29,856 nt of DNA from Zygophlyctis sp. KS116 (taxonomy: Eukaryota; Fungi; Chytridiomycota). The first letter of the stretch is position 1. Each line of letters opens with the position of its first letter. A program made the position numbers and the translations under genes. The notes beneath the pieces are model-generated. The model did not search any database. It was given only the letters and a program-made list of their open reading frames with translations, and was not told where the DNA came from. This document shows, in pieces, positions 1-9,302 of this stretch. Location of the stretch: NCBI GenBank assembly GCA_054661495.1, contig BAAFSQ010000111.1, forward strand, positions 1 through 29,856, written 5' to 3'.

Positions 1-60
1 ATAGTCTATAAGTCTATAAGTAGTAAAAGTAATTTAGTGGTTAGGAACAGAGTTGTGAAA

Positions 61-1530
61 ATGAATGAAAGTTTCTTGATTTCTTCACATAATGACTATC
101 TCTCTTCTCAACTCTTACAAATTGCATCAAGAACAGTTCCATGTACTTTTCTAGACTTATACTAGGGGAAGGATACGAAAGAGCATCTTTACTCTCTGAG
201 AATGAACGGATTTTGATTAGAAACTTTGAACAATCCAATGCAATTAATGGAAATATTATTCAAGTGTTTTTCAGACTTTTGCAAAAGTTGAATAGAATTG
301 ATACTTGTCAACAATTGCTCGTTTGGTTGAATAATTTACTGGAAAATTCTGAAAACTTTTGTGCAATTGTTTTCGAGTCGAGTAATGATAAAAACTTGCC
401 ATTTACTGTCCTATTCAATTTACTCTCAAAAGAGGATGATTTGACTCAAGTTTTGGCTGCAAAAATATCTGCAGGATTGTTATTAAACTGGAAAGGAGAT
501 GTAGATTTAACTCCTTTATTGAATTGGTGTACAAATAATTTACGTAATAGTAATCCTCAAATTGTGGATTTGGTAATTCAATTTATACAGATATTGTTGT
601 GGGTTCCAAGTAGAAAAATTCTGATTTATCAGAGTATTGGGTTGATGTCTTTGTATTTTACAATTTATAAATTATAGAATAATTGAGACTTTAATCAAGG
701 CTAATTCTCAAATGCAGTATCAGATTATCTATATATTTTGGTTATTAAGTTTTGAACAAGATATTAGTGGTTTGTTTGATAGGTATAAAGTTTTAATGTC
801 TAAATTAATAGACAATATAATCTTACACCAATTTTAATTGATATTGCACAGAATTCTATAAAGGAAAAGGTGGTTAGAGTTATTGCGAGTACTTTCAAGG
901 TACTAAACTAGAGATTTTTTAAAATATTTAGAATATGATTGTAAAGGCTCCTTCAATGACGGTAGTCTCATTGTTGAGTCATAATGTATATTCTTTAGTA
1001 GAGAACCTTCTAGTCAAGAAATGGAGTGATACAGAAATAGCAGAGGATTTAGAGTTTATAAAGGAAGAGTTGGGGAAAAGTTTGGCTAATTTGACGTATT
1101 TAAATTGTATTTTAAAGAATTAGGACTTTTGATGTGTATGAAGCAGAAGTTGGTTCAGGGAATTTAGAATGGTCACCTCCGCATTTATCTGATAATTTTT
1201 GGAAGTCTAATGCTTCAAGACTGAATGAGAATGAATATGATTTGCTAAGGTAAGAGTGTTTAAAGTTTACTTTAAAGAAAATTAACAAAAATTCTCTTGG
1301 AATCAAAAAATCCAAAAATATTGGCTGTTGCTGCTAGTGATGTGGGTCAATATGTCAAGTTTTGTCCTCTAGGGAAAAAGTAAAAGTTTTTATATACTGA
1401 ATATAGGTATTTGCAATTAGTCGGAGGAAAGACGGCTGTTATGCAGCTTATGACGCATGAAAATGCAGACGTTCGCTATCATGCTCTAATAGCTGTGCAA
1501 AAATGCATGACAAATGCTTGGGAATTTTAA
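61..1530 (+). CDS. VMA13: V-type ATPase V1 subunit H (~425 aa, 7 introns)
   Basis: Manual splicing of GT-AG introns 143-165, 653-677, 783-811, 900-931, 1096-1123, 1250-1277 and 1380-1406 gives one frame. Motifs [74 protein letters not shown]. Confidence 0.95.
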
Positions 1531-1560
1531 AGCTTGAAAATATATTTACAAAAATTAGCT

Positions 1561-2908
1561 TTAAAACATTGTTTTATCCATTGCTTTTTTGAGATTAAGT
1601 TGGTAGTTTTCAAGCGCAGATTTTAGATTATCAGAGTCTTGAGTTAGTAGAGACACTTCACTCTCTAGTTGCTTATTTAGATCTAGCATCTATTTTTGTT
1701 TAATTTTTAGAAAATACCTTTTTTTCAATTTGCAAACTAAGCTTATCATTTTCTTCCACCTTTTTCAAAGTCTCTTGACTTTCTTTCGTAGCGATTTCAT
1801 AGTCCTTTTTCAACTGATTCAACTTGTTCTCATTTATAGATTGTTTAGACTCTTGATGCTTGGATAATCTGTCGAGTTTTTCAGTAGAATTTGCCAATTG
1901 CCTTTTTGCCAATCCTTCTCTAATTTCTAAATCCTTAATTTCTTGTTTTTTAGAGTCTAAAACATCCTTTTCTCCTTCATATTTCTTTAGTATATCAAGA
2001 GACTTTTGTTTTGCACCTTGAACCACTTGTAAACTTTCAATACAAGTTTTCAAATCTTGTTCAACAGATGCCATAACTCCCATTCTTGAAATTATTTCTC
2101 TAGATTTCTTTTCTGACTGCTGTAGAGTACTTTTATCTTCCTTTAAAGAAGTATGCATATCTTTTATAGCCATTTTTAATTTGTCCGGATTTCGAACAAT
2201 TTTAGAAGATAACCTTGAACAATCTTGTTTTAGATTATTTAGTAAAAATTGTGTATTTTTAACTTTTTCCATTAATTCCCTTTCATGCAACAAGAGTCCT
2301 TCATTTTCAGATTCCAATTTCGAGGTATTTTTTTTCAATTCACGATTTTCTGATCCAATTTTTATTGTAAAATTTCTAATTTCCTGAACTTTTTCTTCTT
2401 CTTCCTTCAATTTCCCTTTAATCTGTGAAATTTTTTCCAATATTGTAGATTTTTTTTGAGATAAATTATCCTTGAGTCCTAAAAATTCTTCACCTCTTGC
2501 AGCACAATTTTGAAACAATTGTAATTTTTCCTGTCTAAATTTAGAAAAATTAATTAGTCCAGAGAGAATATAGACTAATCTTTTCCTGTCTGGATTTAAA
2601 AATTCATTAAAATTAAAATCTAGAATTCCAACTTCTCCCAATAATTTGAAAACTTTTCTATAAAAAGACATTAAATATAGCGATTCTGAATGTAAATTAG
2701 GAGCTTCCAATTCCTGTAAAATATCAAAATTCAATTCAAACGATTCAATAGAAATTCCCAATAATTGATTCAAGAAATTAGCAAAAATCCTTAGCGTAGT
2801 TGTCAGAGTTGGTTTAACCAATTCTTCCCTAGAGACTGGAATTTCCAAGTCACACATGTCCTTGATTAGAACAGCCAGTTCAAGAATAGGAAACGAATGT
2901 TCTTCCAT
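1561..2908 (-). CDS. NUF2: Kinetochore Ndc80-complex subunit Nuf2 (~439 aa, 1 intron)
   Basis: N-terminal SFPIL...LVKP...DRKRLVYILSGLINFSKFR calponin-homology region, long coiled coil and SKIVRNPDKLK motif. Intron 1690-1717 adds the last exon. Confidence 0.92.
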
Positions 2909-2912
2909 TGAT

Positions 2913-2934
2913 TTTCGGACAAATTTCGGACAAA
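2913..2934. repeat. Perfect tandem 11-mer TTTCGGACAAA x2 immediately upstream of the NUF2 ATG
   Basis: Directly visible at 2913-2923 and 2924-2934. Confidence 0.8.
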
Positions 2935-3052
2935 AACTTTAAAACACGAACCTCAAACCTAGGGCTATTAAGACTATCTAGGGTGTGCACTATATGTTAT
3001 AGACTTGTTTATAGACTTGTTAATTTTAATATTCTGGGAGTATCTTTACAGA

Positions 3053-3489
3053 CTATTCCCCTCTGTACGCTGCAGAATTATTTTCAGTCTCTTCAATCCT
3101 AATTTCATAGAGTAAATTTGGATGGGGAAGTGATTTAATCAGCTCCTTCCAAATATAAACTGTGAGATTTTCTACAGTGCTAACAATTTTAAATATAAAA
3201 ATTACCTAGGAATTTTTTTAAAATATTCTACATCTAAATCAAGATTAGCATGATCTAATTTTATAATAACATTTCCTAAAATGTCCTTTAGCAGTGATAA
3301 ATTCATAATCATTCCAGTTTCTGGATCAATTTCTCCTTTTAGAGTTACAAATGTTTTATAATTATGTCCATGAAAATTCTCATGATTACATTTTCCATAA
3401 ATGGTTTTATTTTCCTCCCGTGTCTTAAATGGGGAGTCTAGTCTATGAGCAGAAGAAAAGTGAACGGTGCGCGTAATGTATCCAATCAT
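3053..3489 (-). CDS. PTS: 6-pyruvoyl tetrahydropterin synthase (eukaryotic type, ~136 aa, 1 intron)
   Basis: FSSAHRL, YGKCNHENFHGHNY, GEIDPETGMIMN, LDHANLDLDV. After intron 3180-3205: STVENLTVYIW...EETENNSAAYRGE*. Confidence 0.93.
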
Positions 3490-3520
3490 ACCACAACCCT
3501 TCAACTGTGATTTTAGGTTT

Positions 3521-5178
3521 TCAGTTGAACTCCTTCTTTAGGGTTTTATAGATTTGAGAATTTAGGGTTAATAGATTTTCCCATTGACGACTTGAAAGCG
3601 CATTTTTAGACTTTAAAATATTAGTCCTTAATTCATCTTCAACTTTTAGAAGTTCAGTTTCTAAAGTTGGATAATCACTTGATAATTTTTCCAAAAAAAG
3701 TCTAGTAAATTCTACAGATCCATACAATTTAATCTATTTTTAAGTTTATAAAAAATACTTTTTTAGACAAGATTTCAATCGCAAAATTGAAATCTTGTTT
3801 TAATGTCCAAACAAGTACAGAATTCATGGAATTTTCTAAAGGAATTGAAATGAAATTCTTTTTTATCCACAAGAGAATCTATAATTTATAAATAAAAACA
3901 TACATTAAAATCATTGAGGATGCAAGTTGCTGATAAAGGGGGTAATTGGCTAGAATTTGATATTAAGCACTGATTAAATTTAGGAATACTGATTTTGGTT
4001 CTATATATTTCAGGTTTTTGATAAAAGTCATAGAGTGCTGTTAATTGTATTTCTCCTTGTCTATTCCAAATCAAGTTTAGAGGGATTTGAAATTCTGTTC
4101 CTTTAGCAAATATAAAACACGGTTCTAACAATATTGTAGACTCTACAAGGATTTTCCTAACTAATAGATTAAAAGTAAGCTCTAGAATGACTTTATAGTC
4201 TTTAGTCAAGATTATCCTTTCTTTAAGAACTAGAGGAGACTCTAATTCTCTTTCTAAAGGATCAAGTTCAAGTGCAGAATTTAGAGATGATTTCTTGATG
4301 GTGTCATCTTTTATAGATATTTTCTTGATGGCATCTTCTTTAAGAGATTTAGGATTACGAGCATTTTTCAAATTTTCTACGGCTCTTTCAGATAACTTTA
4401 TATCAGATGAAATCTCTGAAATTTCTTGATCACCAAACAAGACAAGAATTTTAGATTCCCTTGTACAAAAAACGTCCAAAATCTCTTTTGAGAATTTTAT
4501 AGAATCTACTAAATCTCCATTTTCTTCCTTTGCAATGACAAGTCTATTTCCACCTTGTACTAGATAAATCAACCCCTTGAAATATCTTGAAAGAGTAATA
4601 TTTGTAAATTGTTTCGTCCAAACCCTTTGATTTTTCTCATAAATCCCCAGGTAATCTCTAGTAACCACTATAAATTTCCATCCTTTAATTCCAATCAACC
4701 ATTGAGGAATCTGCGTCAAACATAATTCACCAACAACTAAATCTCGTTGGTAAAACCGCACATCACAGTCCTGACCACAAACCAGAAAGTATTTCCCATC
4801 AAGCCCTAAAAAAGATGTTGGAATCCCCCCAGCTACAGTCCAGAACCTGTTCCGCCCTTTAGAGTCAAAGACTACGATTTCTAAACCTAGACTAACTAGA
4901 ATCAGCTTTTTACTGAGTTGAAAAGTCTGAATTTCATCTTCTAATTCTAGGGTCAATTCAAGGTTAAAAGAATGTAAATCCCAAAGCTTTAGGGTCTTTT
5001 GCACTGAAAGAGAAAGAAAATTGTTTGAAAGAGTAAAATGACTTATATTTTCTAAGCTTTCCACCTGTTTTTTGAGTTTTTCCATCCCTTTAACACTAGG
5101 AGTAATCCATAGTCTTGAATTTTTGAGAAATACTGCAATGTTTTCTTTAGAGTCTAACTGATGCAAGACTCCAATCAT
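3521..5178 (-). CDS. Divergent BBSome subunit BBS2-like beta-propeller protein (~535 aa, 2 introns)
   Basis: FWTVAGG...FLVCGQDCDVRFYQRDLVVGE resembles the BBS2 FWTVTGD...[21 protein letters not shown] segment. Introns 3879-3903 and 3734-3758 join the 430-aa and 68-aa ORFs through a 40-aa exon. Confidence 0.65.
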
Positions 5179-5234
5179 AAAGGTGATTTATTTTCTCTAA
5201 TTTCTACAGTCATAAATTCCGAACAACAAGAGAA

Positions 5235-7118
5235 ATGGTGGAGAAACTCTTGTCTATAATTGACAAGACGATTTCTCTCTTAAACTCAAAAAACTCTCTG
5301 CAAGTGTTGGAATCAGATAAAACATGCAAACATTTACTAAATATCTCTTACAGACTAGAAAACTCCAAAAAATGTAGTCTAATGATTGTTGGAGATTTAA
5401 ATTCTGGAAAATCTACTCTAGTTAATGCTCTATCAAGAGAAAAAATAGTTCCAATGGATCAACAGCCGTGTACTTGTTTATTTATGGAATTATCAGCTTC
5501 ACTTTCCAAGGAAATTCATCTCTTGGATTCTCTATTGAAATATTCTTCAAATGATTCTAGCACTTTTACGAAATTTGAATTGGAAGAATTACAACGGTTG
5601 AATTCTACATTCACTCAAGAATCATTTTTAAAAGTTCTTCATTCAGATTTGAAGGGGATTTTCTTAAAATTACAAGATATTTCAATTATTGATTCTCCGG
5701 GACTAAACATAGATTCGTGGACAACAATGAAATTAGTACAAAAACATCAGGAAATTGATGTATTGGTTTATGTAATTTCTGCAGAAAATCATTTGACACA
5801 GTCTGGAAAGGAATTTTTGGAAATGGCAGTCAAGGAAAAATTACATATATTCATCATTATCAATAGATTTGATCAAATATCTCAAAAGGAAAAGTGTAAA
5901 TCTGAAATTCTTAAACAGATTCAAGAAGTTTTGCCAAATACTTTCTCAATAGGACAGGAACTGATACATTTTATAAGCGCAAAAGAATTTTTAGATCAAA
6001 ATTCATGTAATTCTAAAGATTCGAGTGATTTAAGCAATTTTAGGAAAATGGAAGAAAGTCTTGTAGATTTTCTGAAAAAAAGAAATCTATCTAAATTATT
6101 ACCTGCAAAAACATTTCTTCAAAATGTCTACAAGGATTCAAAAACTAGGATTAATCAAAAAATTACAAATTTACAAAATCAAAAAGAGGAATTAACAATA
6201 GAAATCAATCAAAATCATCCAACATATATAAAAATGGTTCTATTAAAGTCACAGTTTTTGGATAATGTCGATTCTAAAATTGAAGAAATTGCAAAATCTG
6301 TTCAAATTTATTCAAAAAATTCAATGAATGAACTGTTACAAGATTTCGAATTACTTTTTGAATCTGTAGAATTTGAAGGGATCGTCTATACTTGGTATTA
6401 TGCAAATAGGTTGTGTAGATTATCCGGACTCTTGTCAAGGAAACGTATCAAACATTGCCTTTTATATGCTAAACAAGAGTCTATCAAATATATTGAACCT
6501 CTGTATTCTTCTGTACAGATAATAATCCCAGATATAACAATTGATATGGATCTGGTGGTGATTGATGAAACGCTTACAAATGATGATATAATTATTCCAC
6601 AAATTGATTTAAGCTACTATGATGTACTTGCTTTGGATCGGATGGGATCTATATTTCTTCCTCTAGTTGGTGTCTTCAGTTCTGGCCTTTATACTTTGAA
6701 TCACACCATCAAGAATTCTTTCATTTATCATGGGTCTATAGGAGGCATGAAATCAATAGCAGCTTCTATTTCTATCGCTGGCGCGGGAGTTTTGTTATTT
6801 ATAGCATTTTATGATATAAAGGGAAGGCTGCAAAGGAAGATTAAGGAAAAAATATCGGTAGAGTATGGTCAGTCACGATTTATTGAAGATTCTGCTGAAG
6901 ACGTTGCAATGAAAACTAGAAAAGTCTTACGTTCATCTCTATGGGCACTCCAATCGCAATATACCACATGTTATGCTAAAAACTCGACGCTATTGGAATC
7001 TTTGAAGCATAAACATACTCTGGTTCAAAAAAATTTAGATGTATGCATGGAAATTTTAAATCAAGTAACTGCTTTGGAAAGGAGTCTGGAAGATGTAATT
7101 CTTGATCTTGAATTTTAA
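5235..7118 (+). CDS. FZO1: Mitofusin, dynamin-related transmembrane GTPase (627 aa, intronless)
   Basis: G1 GDLNSGKSTLVNAL, PMDQQPCT, G3 IDSPGLN, QEIDVLVYVISAENHLTQSGKEFL, G4 INRFD. Two hydrophobic segments and a C-terminal heptad region. Confidence 0.92.
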   Translation: MVEKLLSIIDKTISLLNSKNSLQVLESDKTCKHLLNISYRLENSKKCSLMIVGDLNSGKSTLVNALSREKIVPMDQQPCTCLFMELSASLSKEIHLLDSLLKYSSNDSSTFTKFELEELQRLNSTFTQESFLKVLHSDLKGIFLKLQDISIIDSPGLNIDSWTTMKLVQKHQEIDVLVYVISAENHLTQSGKEFLEMAVKEKLHIFIIINRFDQISQKEKCKSEILKQIQEVLPNTFSIGQELIHFISAKEFLDQNSCNSKDSSDLSNFRKMEESLVDFLKKRNLSKLLPAKTFLQNVYKDSKTRINQKITNLQNQKEELTIEINQNHPTYIKMVLLKSQFLDNVDSKIEEIAKSVQIYSKNSMNELLQDFELLFESVEFEGIVYTWYYANRLCRLSGLLSRKRIKHCLLYAKQESIKYIEPLYSSVQIIIPDITIDMDLVVIDETLTNDDIIIPQIDLSYYDVLALDRMGSIFLPLVGVFSSGLYTLNHTIKNSFIYHGSIGGMKSIAASISIAGAGVLLFIAFYDIKGRLQRKIKEKISVEYGQSRFIEDSAEDVAMKTRKVLRSSLWALQSQYTTCYAKNSTLLESLKHKHTLVQKNLDVCMEILNQVTALERSLEDVILDLEF

Positions 7119-7585
7119 ATATTTGTACGTAACAAAAGAATTATTTATTGAAATAAATAGGATTTTGTGCGCTATTACACATTGGGCATTCTTTCTCACT
7201 CAAAACATATTTGTTCCAGTCATCCCTATTTGCAGATCCATTACAACAATCGCAAGAAACACTGTTTGCTGAGATTGGATAGCCTATTATAAACTAAAAT
7301 TTATGATTTTTACCTGTCACAATGCAGGGTGGCTCGATTGTCTTGCAATTGATGCATAAAAGCGAGGCGCTATATACCTTTGAGTTGCATTGCATGCATG
7401 TCCTGAGGTCCACTTCTTGATTCAGTTTTTGATCTAAGGACATTTGCAGCACCCAGTCTCGTACTTCCTGGCGATACTTTTCCTAAATATAAATTATAAG
7501 ATGCGTACTGATATATTTTCTTTGGGAAGCACAACGTCAAAAGGTACATCAGTATTTGCAAAATCCGAATTTTCCAAAATCCCTA
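6987..7585. repeat. Direct repeat copy 1 (599 bp): real FZO1 3' end plus duplicated IFT172 3' end
   Basis: Matches 9171-9769 at offset 2184, with one mismatch found by eye (C7566 vs T9750). Confidence 0.97.
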
Positions 7586-7637
7586 TGGAAAATCCCTTTG
7601 TTAACTCTGGATTTCGTAAAAGATTAATCTTATTCAT
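7141..7637 (-). CDS. Putative chimeric ORF (146 aa): insert-derived N-terminus fused in frame to the duplicated IFT172 C-terminal Cys-rich domain (may be a non-expressed fragment)
   Basis: ATG at 7637 in AAAAAAATG context reads [33 protein letters not shown]. Exons 7637-7509, 7482-7314 and 7283-7141 total 441 nt with no internal stop. Confidence 0.4.
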
Positions 7638-9170
7638 TTTTTATACTAATTAACTGCATATCATTCACAGCTCCGCATTAGGACTTGCACAGTTTCCTTG
7701 ATGTCAGAAGTATATTTCTCCAAGTCATTAATAAAGTTAATTAGGCTAGAATTACGTGAAATTAGCTGATCAACATCTTGCTTCACAATGCTAATATTTT
7801 CCAGGAGATTCCAGTCATTCAAGGACTGTTTTAAAATCTGAAGCTTTTCATTTTGGGACAATTGAATGGTTTGTGCCATCAACCCTGTATAATTAAATTC
7901 ACCATTTCCTGCATAAAACCTTTGCAAAATGTCTGATTTTACATATGAATTCTGACTCTGAATCCGAAAATCAATTATCATTGGTTTATCACCCACTTGA
8001 CCACAATTATCCGGATTAGATGTAGAGTCTTGAATGCATAAAATTCTAGAGATCAAATCCAGCTGGACAAGTCCTGTAAGATTATATGTATCCAGATCCA
8101 GCTTGGACAGTAATGTAATAGGACACTCGGTAGATGCAAAATACACAGACATTTTAGAACCAGGAAATGGGATCATAATATGTACTTCCGGGCCAAGTCC
8201 AATAGAATACAGCAACTTGTACACAAATATTTCTTTCAAGTCTGGAGGAAATAAACTCTTGATATTCGTTTCTGTAGGACCATTTTGGTGCGTCTTTATG
8301 TAATATCGAGTCTTTTCATATCCGTTGAATACTGTACAGATAAATCCAGTCTGAACACCGTTATTCTTTGGAGAAAATGAAATATGAAACGTTGAATAAT
8401 CATACTGATTACTGCAGTGCCGGGATAAAAAGTACATTTGTGTCACATACTTAATGACGGTAGCATTCCCATCCAGCCATGCAGCTATTTTTTCGAGTAG
8501 AGTTTCAAAAATCCTGAAGCGCTCTTCAGAATTTCGAATATACCCACTTTTTCTCAGATCATGAACTATTTCTAAAGCCTCATGTGCCAATTCTTCACGC
8601 TCTATACCTTTCTTTTTGTGAATATTATTTCCAATTTCCTGAAACTTGTCCCATTTCTTCTCAAGCTCTTTCGGATCAATATATACAAAGCCGGTACCAG
8701 AAGAAGCAACCCAATTTTCGTCATTGTTAAGTCGAAGATTCCTGAATGGACCAGGAATACCGCTCTGAAACTCTGTACTAAAATGTAGTGGAACAGCAAC
8801 AATCAGAGCATCTTTTAATGACATTCCAAGATCCTTCACAGGAGAATCCTCTACTAATGGATATTCCTATGATAAGATTCTAATAAATTACCTTGTGCTC
8901 TTCTAAATTTCTCTTGTCAAATGATTGCTTGTTCTTAAAGACCAAGAGATCACCAGCATCAATAGAAGAGAGTTTATTACTACACTCGGCTTTTACAGCT
9001 TTTCTAAACTGAGCAATAATAGCAGATGGAGGTAGAGTCACATAATCAGCGGTTGTTCCCATGTATGGAAGACCATTAGCAGAGTCATAGAGATGAAACC
9101 AAATCATAACATCAGAATTTGACATTTTAATTTCGCAACAAGCGCCTCACCTAGAATCTACAGCGCAGGA
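7586..9170 (-). mobile_element. 1585-bp inserted segment carrying one Crinkler-like gene, bounded by a 599-bp host duplication; no transposase or TIRs seen
   Basis: Unique sequence between two near-identical host repeats. Removing the insert plus one repeat restores a simple convergent FZO1/IFT172 locus. Confidence 0.75.
7661..9125 (-). CDS. Crinkler (CRN)-like effector: Ubl-type header domain plus atypical PI3K/HipA-like kinase domain (~479 aa, 1 intron)
   Basis: Exon 1 (9125-8892) IWFHLYDS..G.PY.GTTADYV...QFRKAVKAE.SNKLSSIDAGDLLVFKNK. A 25-nt intron (8867-8891) precedes EYPLVEDSPVKDLGMSLKDALIVAVP, the header end. Kinase-like motifs YYIKTH, KEIFVYKLLYSIGLGP, DLISRILCIQDSTSNPDN, MIIDF. Confidence 0.8.
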
Positions 9171-9302
9171 ACGCTATTGGAATCTTTGAAGCATAAACAT
9201 ACTCTGGTTCAAAAAAATTTAGATGTATGCATGGAAATTTTAAATCAAGTAACTGCTTTGGAAAGGAGTCTGGAAGATGTAATTCTTGATCTTGAATTTT
9301 AA
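9171..9302 (+). pseudogene. Orphan duplicated fragment of the last 43 codons of FZO1 plus stop
   Basis: TLLESLKHKH...VILDLEF* is identical to 6987-7118. No in-frame ATG occurs in the adjoining insert before an upstream stop. Confidence 0.85.

Noticed and set aside
1-30. Short AGTCTATA tandem at the window start, and ATAGACTTGTT x2 near 3000
   Set aside because: Two-copy AT-rich micro-repeats with no evidence of being telomeric, CRISPR-like or functional.
7370-7561. Duplicated 63-aa minus ORF (also 9554-9745) and plus ORFs 7444-7653 and 9628-9855
   Set aside because: Alternative-frame or antisense shadows of IFT172 exons within the duplication.
7586-9170. Insert as a Helitron, TIR transposon or LTR element
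   Set aside because: The minus strand begins with TC but lacks the A|T target, CTRR end and subterminal hairpin. No TIRs are visible. The flanking repeats are host coding sequence, not LTRs, and no transposase or RT is encoded.
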